Virus record (IMG/VR): IMGVR_UViG_3300037834_000041
Location: 1,609-65,608 of that record
Source of the DNA: a virus
Direction: 5' to 3' (one strand)
DNA: 64,000 bases
Shown: one piece after another, positions 44,231-52,781 of the stretch
How the letters are laid out: each line of letters starts with the position of its first letter
How positions within the stretch are numbered: position 1 is the stretch's first letter
Program-made: the position numbers and the translations under genes
The notes under the pieces: generated by a model
Databases searched by the model: none
What the model saw: the letters and a program-made list of their open reading frames with translations, nothing else
What the model was told of the DNA's origin: nothing

Positions 44231-45858
44231 AGCGGTTCTCGGCCGCCACCGAGGACGAGATCCTGACCGGGACGGCGCACCCGCGGGTCGGGCACGACCG
44301 CATGTTGCGGTCGCCGTTCGCGCCGGGCGAGGGCACGGACCCGGAGTCGCTCCTGCCGGACGACTGCTACCTGTACAGCCCGTGGTGGCGGGCGGTCGTG
44401 ATCGTCGGGTTCCTCGTCGCGCGGACGCCGCTTCAGGTCAAGAAGGTGACCCGCGGCAAGTCGGGGGAGAGCAAGGAACCGGACCGGGACCACCCGGCGT
44501 ACTTCGCGCTCGCGGGGCAGGCGAACCTCCGGTACACGGCCGGGGAGATGAAGTTCCGCCTCGTGCAGCTCATGCTCACCCACGGGACCGGCCGGGCCGT
44601 GATCCAGCGGCGGCCGAAGGACAAGGGCGGAATCCTGATCCACCCGACGCAGCCGGGCGAGTTGGAGTTCCGCATCTCCGACGGCGAGCCGTGGTACTTC
44701 CGGGTGGCGAACGTCGAGGAGGAGAAGCCGGGCGTGCGGTACGACGCGGCGTTCCCGGCCCGCGACGTGATCGACCTGACGCTCCTCCGGGCGCGGAACG
44801 GCCTGTCCGTCCTCCCGCCGTGGCAGCACGCCCGGTTCTCGGTGGCCGAGGGGATCGGCGGCACGAAGGTCCGGTCCGTGCGGGCCAAGAACGGCGGCCG
44901 GCCGGCGATCGCGCTCATGACCGAGAAGACGGTCACGAAGGAGACCCGCGAGCGGATCCAGGCGGACTTCCGGGACCGGCACGCCGGGTACGAGCAGAGC
45001 GGCAACCCGATCATCCTCGGGGACAACCTGAAGGCCGAGACGCTCGACTACAGCCCGGAGTACCAGGCCGAGGCCGAGTTGTCCCGGATCCCGATCCGGG
45101 ACGTGTCGAACTACACCGGCGTCCCGTCGAGCCTGCTCGGGGACACGGACAACGACAGCGGGGAGTCCCTCGAAGCCAAGATCCGGGCGTTCTACCAGTT
45201 CGGGATCGGGAACTACCTCTGGGCGTTCGCCGACCAAGCCCAGGCGAAGTGCCTGAGCGACGAGGAGCGCCGCGGGGAAACCCACGTCTGCGAGTTCAAC
45301 GTCTCGAAGCTGGAGTGGGCGACGGTCCGCGACCTGGCCGAGATGATCCGCGCGTACGGGGCCGGGACGCCGATCGCGACGCCGAACGGCATCCTGAACC
45401 GCCTCGGCGAGCCGCCGATCGACGACCCGGAGGCGGACAAGCTCCACATCCCGAAGAACGTCGGCAAGGACGGGCAGAACAACACCCCGTCGCCCGGCGA
45501 CACCAAGCCCGCCGGCCGGCCGCGGAAGAAGGCGGCGGCCGAGGCCCTCGAAACGCTCGTCAAGCGGGCCGTGCAGACGTGCGAGCGGCGGGCGTCGAGC
45601 GGCCGGGCGTACATGCAGTTCGTCAGTTGGCTGACCCGCGACGCCGAGTTCGTCCGGGTGGTCCGGGAGCAGGTCGCGTCCGCCGGCATCATGCGCGACG
45701 GCGCGGCGGAGGCGGCGGTCGCGGTGCTGGCCGAGAAGCTGTTGGCCGTCGCCGAGTGCCACGAGGCCGAGCTTCACAACCGGGTGAACGAGCGCTACCC
45801 GGTGCTGCTGATTACCCTTCCCGAGGACATGGCCGCGGCCGCGGCGGGAGACGAGTGA
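44203..45858 (+). CDS. Phage portal protein (HK97 family)
   Basis: VVIVGFLVARTPL, MLTHGTG, GLSVL, SNYTGVPSSLLG, TPNGILNRLGEPP. Confidence 0.88.
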   Translation: MSFVERIGLKRFSAATEDEILTGTAHPRVGHDRMLRSPFAPGEGTDPESLLPDDCYLYSPWWRAVVIVGFLVARTPLQVKKVTRGKSGESKEPDRDHPAYFALAGQANLRYTAGEMKFRLVQLMLTHGTGRAVIQRRPKDKGGILIHPTQPGELEFRISDGEPWYFRVANVEEEKPGVRYDAAFPARDVIDLTLLRARNGLSVLPPWQHARFSVAEGIGGTKVRSVRAKNGGRPAIALMTEKTVTKETRERIQADFRDRHAGYEQSGNPIILGDNLKAETLDYSPEYQAEAELSRIPIRDVSNYTGVPSSLLGDTDNDSGESLEAKIRAFYQFGIGNYLWAFADQAQAKCLSDEERRGETHVCEFNVSKLEWATVRDLAEMIRAYGAGTPIATPNGILNRLGEPPIDDPEADKLHIPKNVGKDGQNNTPSPGDTKPAGRPRKKAAAEALETLVKRAVQTCERRASSGRAYMQFVSWLTRDAEFVRVVREQVASAGIMRDGAAEAAVAVLAEKLLAVAECHEAELHNRVNERYPVLLITLPEDMAAAAAGDE

Positions 45859-46724
45859 TGTACTTCGAGCAAATCCTTCAGACGTTCTACGGCACGCACT
45901 GGGCGATTCTCCCGGAGCGGCTGTACGAAATGGAAACCGTCCTCCTGCGCGTCATCGCGGACCGGTTTGAAGGCCGCGTTGCGGCATACCCGGTTCCGGG
46001 CCATGAAGCCCAACAGCCGCGAGACTACGCCGCGCCGGGGGACGTGGCCGTGATCCCCGTGCGGGGCACGATCTACCCCCGCGGCGGGGCGAGTCCGGCG
46101 AGCGGGCTGACGACGGCGGAGTACGTCGGGAAGCAAATCGACGGGGCGGCGGCGAACTCGCAGATCGGGCACATCGTTCTCGACATGGACACGCCGGGCG
46201 GGGCCGTATCGGGCGTCCCGGAGTTGGCCGCGAAGGTCCGGGCGGCGGCCGGCCGGAAGCCGGTGACCGCCGTGGCGAACCACCTGAGCGCGAGCGCCGG
46301 CTACTGGCTGATGGCCCAGGCGACGGAGGCCGTCGTCACGCCGTCCGGGTCGGTCGGATCGATCGGCGTGAAGTACACGCACATCGACCGGTCGAAGGCC
46401 CTCGAAGACGCCGGCGTGCGGGTCACGGAGCTGACGACCAGCCCGCTCAAGGCCCTCGGCAGCCCGTTCCGGCCGCTGTCGGACGAGGCCCGCGCGTCGA
46501 TCCAGGCCATGATCCTGAAGTTCCACGCCATGTTCGTCGGGGACGTGGCCCGCGGCCGGCGGGTGACCGTGGACCGGGTGGAGTCAGGGTTCGGCCGCGG
46601 GGACGTGCTGACGGCCGAGGACGCGCGGGCGGCCGGGATGGTGGACCGGGTCGCCACCCTGGAGGACGTGATCGCGGACATCCGGGCCAAGTCCGCCCGC
46701 CGGCGGGCCGCGGCGATGGCGTGA
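45858..46724 (+). CDS. S49-family prohead protease
   Basis: VIPVRGTI, LDMDTPGG, SASAGYW, GSIGV, FVGDVARGR, AGMVD. Confidence 0.92.
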   Translation: MYFEQILQTFYGTHWAILPERLYEMETVLLRVIADRFEGRVAAYPVPGHEAQQPRDYAAPGDVAVIPVRGTIYPRGGASPASGLTTAEYVGKQIDGAAANSQIGHIVLDMDTPGGAVSGVPELAAKVRAAAGRKPVTAVANHLSASAGYWLMAQATEAVVTPSGSVGSIGVKYTHIDRSKALEDAGVRVTELTTSPLKALGSPFRPLSDEARASIQAMILKFHAMFVGDVARGRRVTVDRVESGFGRGDVLTAEDARAAGMVDRVATLEDVIADIRAKSARRRAAAMA

Positions 46725-46729
46725 TCCGC

Positions 46730-46766
46730 TTGACACCCGCGGATCGTAGTGTAGTGTTGGTATTAC
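46730..46766 (+). promoter_or_regulatory. Promoter(s) upstream of the capsid gene
   Basis: TTGACA at 46730-46735 with TAGTGT at 46752-46757 (16-bp spacer); also TG-G-TATTAC at 46758-46766. Confidence 0.55.
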
Positions 46767-46901
46767 GAAGTTAAACCAATCTGTTTGACCCGTTCGCGTG
46801 AGGCGGCGGTCAGCCAGCGAAACCCCTGTTTCGCCGGTGTGGCCGCCGCCGCGTCGCTTACCAAGATCGCTCGCCCCGGCTCACCCGGCCGGGAGCGAGC
46901 C

Positions 46902-48455
46902 ATGTCGATCGAAGCCGAACTGCCGATCCTGAAGACCGCCCGCGAGACCGCCAAGCACGACTTCCAGGAGTTCGGCGCGAAGATCAACGCCGACGGGTAC
47001 GCGGCCACGAAGGAGGACCTCGACAAGTTCGAGGCGCTCCACGCCGGGTACAAGAAGGCGAACGAGGAGTACGAGTCCGCCCTCAGCAAGCGGGAAGACC
47101 AGCGGGGCCGGGACGACCGGCTGAACGCGCTGAAGGCGATCGCCGACCACGACGAGAAGTTCAAGGCGTACGACTATAAGCCGCGGGACGGCAGCGAGCG
47201 GCCGGGCAACACGAACCGGGCCGCGGACATCGACCGGGCGTTCGCGGCGTGGGCGGCCGGGGCCAGCCCGGACCTCATCACGGAAGAGGACGTGCGGGCG
47301 GCGAAGCGGGCTGGGATCAACGTGTTCGCCGAGGAGATCACGCCCCTCCCGACGGCCGTGGTGGAACTGCCCAGCGGCGAGCGGGTGAAGGTGGCCGACC
47401 GCCGGGCCGACGGGGGCATGTTCGACGGCCACCGGGCGTACATCGACGGCCTGCACCGGCACGCCGTCCGGTACGGGGGGAACTACGCGACCGAGTACCA
47501 GGCGGCCGCGGACCCGACCGGGGACAGCCGGGACACGGACGGGTACGGCCGGCTGAACCGGCTGCCGACGGTGCTGGCGACGCTCGAACAGAACATGTAC
47601 ACGTACGGCGGCATCCTCGATCACCCGATCACGATCACCGTCACGGACGACTACGAGGACATCCGCCAGGACGTGTTCGACGACACGGCCAACGTCGGCC
47701 GGCAGGTCCGCGAGGCGGCCACGATCGGCGAGAACAAGCGGGCCGTCCTGGACACGATCGTCTGGCGGTACTTCGACTACACCAGCGACGACTTCGAGTT
47801 AACGAACCGCCAAATCGAGCGGTCCCGGTACGCCATGCCGACCATCGCCGGCCAAGCCCTCGGGGAGCGGCTCGGCCGCTGCTTCGGCACGGTGCTGACG
47901 ACCGGCAACGGCGTCAACGAGCCGGACGGGGCGCAGACGGCCACCCTTCGCGTGTTCAAAAACGACGCGAACCACCGCGGCAGCGCGAAGGTGAAGACCG
48001 CCGCGTCCGCGACCGTCATTGCCGTGGACGAACTCGGCGGGTCCGGCCCGGAATACCTGCTCGATCAGATGTGGACGAACGGCCCGTCGGTCGGCTGGTC
48101 GATGCACCGGTCCATCCTCGGCTACCTCGAAACGCTGAAGGACCTCCAGGGCCGCCCGTTCTTCAACCTCGGGCAGGAGACGACGAGCAACCGGCGGACA
48201 CTCCGGAACTACCCGATCTTCTTCAACTACGCCCTGGCCTCGACGCGGGCGGCCAACAACTACGTCGCGGCGTTCGGGGACTGGTCGAAGATCGTCCTGC
48301 GCCGGGCGGGCGGCGGCGTGCCGGTCCTGATCCGGGACGTGACGAGCAAGCGGCGGCAACTCATCACGATCTTCACCGCCCTGATGAGCCTGGACCAGCG
48401 GCTGAAGAACCTCGGCAACATGCCGATTTCCTGGCTCCGCATGGCCGCGGCGTAA
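46902..48455 (+). CDS. Major capsid protein (HK97 fold) with N-terminal scaffold domain
   Basis: Coiled-coil N-terminus; TLEQNM, RLGRCFG...GNGVNEPDG, LKDLQGRP, GDWSK. Confidence 0.88.
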   Translation: MSIEAELPILKTARETAKHDFQEFGAKINADGYAATKEDLDKFEALHAGYKKANEEYESALSKREDQRGRDDRLNALKAIADHDEKFKAYDYKPRDGSERPGNTNRAADIDRAFAAWAAGASPDLITEEDVRAAKRAGINVFAEEITPLPTAVVELPSGERVKVADRRADGGMFDGHRAYIDGLHRHAVRYGGNYATEYQAAADPTGDSRDTDGYGRLNRLPTVLATLEQNMYTYGGILDHPITITVTDDYEDIRQDVFDDTANVGRQVREAATIGENKRAVLDTIVWRYFDYTSDDFELTNRQIERSRYAMPTIAGQALGERLGRCFGTVLTTGNGVNEPDGAQTATLRVFKNDANHRGSAKVKTAASATVIAVDELGGSGPEYLLDQMWTNGPSVGWSMHRSILGYLETLKDLQGRPFFNLGQETTSNRRTLRNYPIFFNYALASTRAANNYVAAFGDWSKIVLRRAGGGVPVLIRDVTSKRRQLITIFTALMSLDQRLKNLGNMPISWLRMAAA

Positions 48456-48469
48456 CCGACCAACCCTCT

Positions 48470-48493
48470 CCCTCCCCCGTGAGGGGGGGAGGG
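48470..48493 (+). terminator. GC-rich hairpin after the capsid gene
   Basis: CCCTCCCCC-GTGA-GGGGGGAGGG; no clear U tract. Confidence 0.35.
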
Positions 48494-48530
48494 ACACCAC
48501 CCGACCGCCACACCCCGAACCGAGCCGAAC

Positions 48531-48974
48531 ATGGAACGAAACTTCAAGAGCGATTTCAAGCCGGTGCTGCTGATGGCCCTGCAAGCGGCCGGCGTGACGG
48601 CCGTGGACACCAGCGTGATCGACATGGGCGCGGGCCAGGGGGCCGCGGAACTGACCGGCCTGTTCTACCTGCCCACGATCGTGGACGGGGCGAACGTCGA
48701 GGTCGAGGTGTACTCGGCGGCGGCCTCCGACAAGTCCGGGGCCGTCCTGGAGGGCACGACGGGCGTGATCGCCGTGACTTCCGCCGACAACGGGAAGCTG
48801 CTCGCCGTCAGCTTCGACCGGGTCAGCCAGCGGTACGCCTACTTCAAGGTGAAGCGGACCACGCAGAACATCACCGTCGGGGCCGGGGTCGGCCTGGTCG
48901 GGAAGCAGTTCCGCGAGGCGGCCGACAACAGCGGGTTGATCGGCGGCAAGGCGCACCTCGTCCTCGGCGTGTAA
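48531..48974 (+). CDS. Putative head decoration/auxiliary capsid protein
   Basis: Position after the capsid gene; beta-rich; VDTSVIDM motif. Confidence 0.55.
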   Translation: MERNFKSDFKPVLLMALQAAGVTAVDTSVIDMGAGQGAAELTGLFYLPTIVDGANVEVEVYSAAASDKSGAVLEGTTGVIAVTSADNGKLLAVSFDRVSQRYAYFKVKRTTQNITVGAGVGLVGKQFREAADNSGLIGGKAHLVLGV

Positions 48975-48987
48975 GGCCCGCTGACCC

Positions 48988-49578
48988 ATGCCCTCCTCGA
49001 TCGACATCACCCGGCCCGCGGCCCCCGCCGACCTGTGCGTCACGGTCGGCGAGGTGAAGGCGAACGCGGGCGGGGTGGAGGGCACGGGCGAGGACGCGCT
49101 GATCGCGGCGATGATCCGGGCCGCCCAACGGTACGTAGAGACGCGGGCCGACACGGTCCTCTGCCCGGCGACGGTCGCGGAGCGGTTCGGCGGGTTCCCG
49201 TGCGGGGCCCTGCGGCTCGGCCGGGAGCCGGTCCGGTCCGTCACGACCGTGGCCTACAAGGACCGGGACGGGGCCGAGGCGACGCTGGCGGCCGACGCCC
49301 GGCAGGAGTGGTTGACGCACAACCCGCCGCTCGTCACGCCGCTCGCCGACCAGCCCTGGCCGGAGACGAAGCCGGGGGCGCTCGGGGCCGTGACGGTGAC
49401 CTACGAGGCGGGGCCGGCGGTCGCGACGGCCGCGCGGGACGGGTTCAAGATGGCGGTCGTGATGATCGCGACCGCGACCTACGAACACCGGGACGCCTTC
49501 GTGAAGGCCGGCGAACTGAAGGTCCCGGCGGTCGTGAACCAGTTCATCGACGCCGAGGCGAAGCGAGGCTACCCGTGA
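48988..49578 (+). CDS. Head-tail connector (gp6/gp15-like)
   Basis: VTVGEVKA, EDALIAAMIRAAQRYVE, VTVTYEAG, AVVMIATATYEHR. Confidence 0.85.
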   Translation: MPSSIDITRPAAPADLCVTVGEVKANAGGVEGTGEDALIAAMIRAAQRYVETRADTVLCPATVAERFGGFPCGALRLGREPVRSVTTVAYKDRDGAEATLAADARQEWLTHNPPLVTPLADQPWPETKPGALGAVTVTYEAGPAVATAARDGFKMAVVMIATATYEHRDAFVKAGELKVPAVVNQFIDAEAKRGYP

Positions 49579-50381
49579 CGACCTTCTACGTCGGCCTGAC
49601 GGCCGGGGTCTGGGCGGCCGGGACGCCGGGGCAGTTCCTGCCGGGGGCGGACGGCCGGGCGACGCTCGCCGAGGCCCTCGACGACGCCGCGGACGGGGAC
49701 GTGATCCAACTGGCCCCCGGCGAACACGAGTTGCCGGCGTCGCTCGACGTGTCGGTGCGAATCGTCGGGCACGCGGCCGAGACGGTGACCCTGACGACCG
49801 CGACGCCGGTGTCCGTCGTCCCGGAGGGCGTGAGCCTGCGGCTCGAACTGCTCACGCTGGCCGGCGGGCTGCCGCTGCGGGTGAACGGGACGTTGGCCTG
49901 CTACCGCTGCGCGACGGCGGCGGACAGCTTGGCCGAGGTCTCGCCGGGCGGGGCCGGGGTCGCGGTGTGGTGCGGGAAGCCGATTTCGGCGATGGCCGGG
50001 GCCGCGGTCGGGAACCACCCGCAGCCGGCCCGGACGACCCCCGGCGGCGAGGCCGGCGGGCGGATCGGCGGCTACCGGCACCGGGTGGAGTTGCAGGCCG
50101 CGGCGAAGCGGCAGAAGGCGTCCGGCCAACAGGCCGCGGAGGAGTGGCTCACGTTCGCGGACCTCCGGGTGACCTTCGACGAGCGGCCGGGCCGCCAGGG
50201 GATCCAGGAGCGGTTGATCGTCGCGAACGCGACCGGGCTGGCCTACTGCCGCGGGGGGGTCCCGGTCCACCCGACGATGCGGCTGCTGCACAACGGCCGG
50301 GCGCTCGGCATCCAGGGCGTGGCCCTCAGCAAGCCGCCCCGGAACGAGTTGGAAATCCTGTACGCGGAGCGGGTGGCGTGA
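49575..50381 (+). CDS. Head-closure protein fused to an N-terminal beta-helix-like domain
   Basis: N-terminal ATLAEALDDAADGDVIQLAPGEH; C-terminal GGYRHRVELQ...W...TMRLLHNGRALGIQGV. Confidence 0.7.
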   Translation: MTTFYVGLTAGVWAAGTPGQFLPGADGRATLAEALDDAADGDVIQLAPGEHELPASLDVSVRIVGHAAETVTLTTATPVSVVPEGVSLRLELLTLAGGLPLRVNGTLACYRCATAADSLAEVSPGGAGVAVWCGKPISAMAGAAVGNHPQPARTTPGGEAGGRIGGYRHRVELQAAAKRQKASGQQAAEEWLTFADLRVTFDERPGRQGIQERLIVANATGLAYCRGGVPVHPTMRLLHNGRALGIQGVALSKPPRNELEILYAERVA

Positions 50382-51061
50382 AGAACCTCCGGGTCAGGGT
50401 GTCGGGCGTGGCGCAGGTGCGGGAGGCGCTCCGGGCGGTCAAGGACGAGGTGGCCGGGCCGCTCATGCTCCGCGGCGTTCAGGCCGGTTGCCGGAAGGTC
50501 GTGCCGGTCGTCCGGCAGAACCTGAGCCGCAACCGGCTGACGAGCGCGACGACGCGGTCCATCGGGGTGAAGGTGCAGAAGTTCCGGGACGGGCAGGGGG
50601 CGATCGGGCTGGTGGGGCCGCGGCGGTATCACCGGATCCTGCACCCGGCGTTCGGCTACCGGTCCCGCGGGCTGTGGCGGCAGACGAACCCCGGCACGAC
50701 GGACCCGCCGAAGATCCTGCACCTGATCGAGGGCGGGCGGAAGGCGGTCCGGCCGACGAAGGCCAAAGTGCTGGCGCTCGTCGTCCCGCGGCTGGACGGC
50801 CGCCGCAAGCCGGGGATCGCGATCGCGGGCGGGGAGGCCCGCAAGTTGGGCAAGAAGCCGACCCCGCCGAAGCGGGTCCCCGGCGGCTTCCTGATCTTCG
50901 CCCGGTCCGCCGGGCCGGCGCGGGAGTTTCGCCCGATGCGGAACAGCCTGCCCGCCATGCAGCAGAACGCGGTGGCCGGCGTGGTGGCCTTGGTGCAACG
51001 CGACCTGCCCCGGATCGCGGCGAAGGCCGCCGCCCGCGGCCGGTCGATCTTCCGAGGCTGA
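50378..51061 (+). CDS. HK97 gp10-like tail-completion protein
   Basis: VRVSGVAQVREAL, HLIEGG, FRPMRNS. Confidence 0.7.
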   Translation: MKNLRVRVSGVAQVREALRAVKDEVAGPLMLRGVQAGCRKVVPVVRQNLSRNRLTSATTRSIGVKVQKFRDGQGAIGLVGPRRYHRILHPAFGYRSRGLWRQTNPGTTDPPKILHLIEGGRKAVRPTKAKVLALVVPRLDGRRKPGIAIAGGEARKLGKKPTPPKRVPGGFLIFARSAGPAREFRPMRNSLPAMQQNAVAGVVALVQRDLPRIAAKAAARGRSIFRG

Positions 51062-51062
51062 C

Positions 51063-51515
51063 GTGACCCTGAAGGAAGCCCTCGCGACGAAGCTCCGCGC
51101 GGCCCTGGCGACGTGCCAGGTGTACCCGAACTTCGTGGCGATGAACAAGGACGGGACGTTCGACCACCTGCCGGCCGCGGCGTACCGGCTGGTCGGCGGC
51201 AAGCACTACGCGGCCGGCGACATCGGCCGGACCGGGTTCGGCCAGGAGACGTTCCTGGTCGAGGTGTTCGACGAGGACGCGACGTGCTGCGAGCGGTTGC
51301 GGAAGGACCTCGAAGACGCCTTCCCCGGCCGGACCAAGAAGAACGACGCGGAGCAGTCCGCCCCGGTGAAGTGGGGGCCGGCGGCCGACCCCGGCCCGTG
51401 GGTGTACTGGGCCGAGGCGAGCGACCCGGAGAGCGACGGGTCCGTGCCCCAGACCGACGCGCACAACACGCTGCACTTCGAGCAGCTGCTGGTGACCGTC
51501 TCTTTCCAGGAGTGA
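51063..51515 (+). CDS. Tail terminator-like protein
   Basis: Position; PAAAYRLVG...FLVEVF. Confidence 0.65.
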   Translation: MTLKEALATKLRAALATCQVYPNFVAMNKDGTFDHLPAAAYRLVGGKHYAAGDIGRTGFGQETFLVEVFDEDATCCERLRKDLEDAFPGRTKKNDAEQSAPVKWGPAADPGPWVYWAEASDPESDGSVPQTDAHNTLHFEQLLVTVSFQE

Positions 51516-51521
51516 CGACCG

Positions 51522-52064
51522 ATGGCCGACGAAATGCTCCCGAGCAGCGGTTACCTGTTCCACTACACGACGACCGACGCCGACTTCCTGGGGGCCGTGG
51601 CCGCCGGCAGCCTGCCGTCCCCGGTCCCGGCCGCCGTCCCGTACCCGATCCCGTCCGACTCCGCGGACTGGACCCGAATCAAGTGCATCAGCCGGCCGTC
51701 CGGGATCGCGAACGCCGAGGTCGAGACGACCGAACACCGCTGCGGTGACCCGGAGGCGGCCGTCGTCGAGGACTTCGCCACCGGGTTCAAGCGGCTGAAC
51801 CCGGTCGGGCTGATGACCACGTACACGGACGACGGGGACAAGTTCGACGACCTGAACGCGATCAAGGACAACCGGACGCTGTTGGCATTCCTGTTCACGT
51901 TCCCCCTGTTGGGCGGGCAGACCCGCCCGGCCCGGTTCGTCCAGCGCGCGTACCTCACGAAGTGCAACCTGATCTTCGACGACAACGGCGCGCCGATCAT
52001 GATGGAACTCGAATTCAAGCCGACGCTGGATGTCGGCAAGTTCGCGAAGGCGGCCACGTCGTAA
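51522..52064 (+). CDS. Major tail tube protein
   Basis: Position; IKCISRPSG...VETTEH; beta-rich; precedes the chaperone genes. Confidence 0.7.
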   Translation: MADEMLPSSGYLFHYTTTDADFLGAVAAGSLPSPVPAAVPYPIPSDSADWTRIKCISRPSGIANAEVETTEHRCGDPEAAVVEDFATGFKRLNPVGLMTTYTDDGDKFDDLNAIKDNRTLLAFLFTFPLLGGQTRPARFVQRAYLTKCNLIFDDNGAPIMMELEFKPTLDVGKFAKAATS

Positions 52065-52101
52065 CGGCGGCCCGCCCGGATTCGCCCCCACCGGAGTCCC
52101 C

Positions 52102-52461
52102 ATGTCCACGGTCCGATCGAAGTTCCTGCAAGCCCTCGGCACGCCCCGGTTCCGGGACGTGGAAACCCCCTGGGGCACGGTCCGCGTCTTCTGCCTCCGC
52201 GGGAGCCAGTACGACGAGCTGCAGAAGAAGCGGGAGAAGACGACGAGCCGCGTCCGGGATCACGCGATGCTCGTCATCGCGACCTGCTTCGACCCGGAGA
52301 CGGCCAAGCCGCTGTTCACCGACAAGGACCTGGACGACCTGGCCGACGGGAACGCCGCCGAGGTCCGGTTCCTGGCCGAGATCGCGGCCGACGTGAACAC
52401 GGTCGAGGAGGGCGGGCCGGCGGGAAACGGGACGCCCGCGCCGCCAACTGGCGCAAGCTAG
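52102..52461 (+). CDS. Tail assembly chaperone (lambda gpG-like)
   Basis: GGAG RBS; slippery G-GGA-AAC near the 3' end. Confidence 0.8.
   Translation: MSTVRSKFLQALGTPRFRDVETPWGTVRVFCLRGSQYDELQKKREKTTSRVRDHAMLVIATCFDPETAKPLFTDKDLDDLADGNAAEVRFLAEIAADVNTVEEGGPAGNGTPAPPTGAS
52422..52428 (+). other. Programmed -1 ribosomal frameshift site (GGGAAAC)
   Basis: X-XXY-YYZ in frame (GCG GGA AAC); the -1 frame is open to 52781. Confidence 0.85.
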
Positions 52462-52781
52462 CGCGGCACTTCGGCTGGCCGGCCGACGTGCTGAAGGAGT
52501 TGATGACCGAGCAGGAGTTCCGGTCGCACGTCGCCGACGTGAACGCGGGCGACGAGCCGCTGGACCAGATCCTGCACTTCACGCGGGTCACCGCCAAGCT
52601 GCTGAACCTCATCGCGTCGTCGCCGTTCCTGCTCGGGAAGCCGCCGTTCCGGGACGAGGCCGTTAACCCGTTCACGAAGCGGGCCGACCGCGACCCGGAC
52701 GCCCGGCTGTCGGACGCCGAGTACGCGGCCGCGGTCGAACGGCGGGTGGCGCAGAATCAAAACTGCCAGGTCCGGGAATGA
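52428..52781 (+). CDS. Tail assembly chaperone extension (gpGT-like), -1 frame
   Basis: RDARAANWRKLARHFGWPADVLKELMTEQEFRSH...; ends overlapping the tape measure start. Confidence 0.75.
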   Translation, partial: RDARAANWRKLARHFGWPADVLKELMTEQEFRSHVADVNAGDEPLDQILHFTRVTAKLLNLIASSPFLLGKPPFRDEAVNPFTKRADRDPDARLSDAEYAAAVERRVAQNQNCQVRE

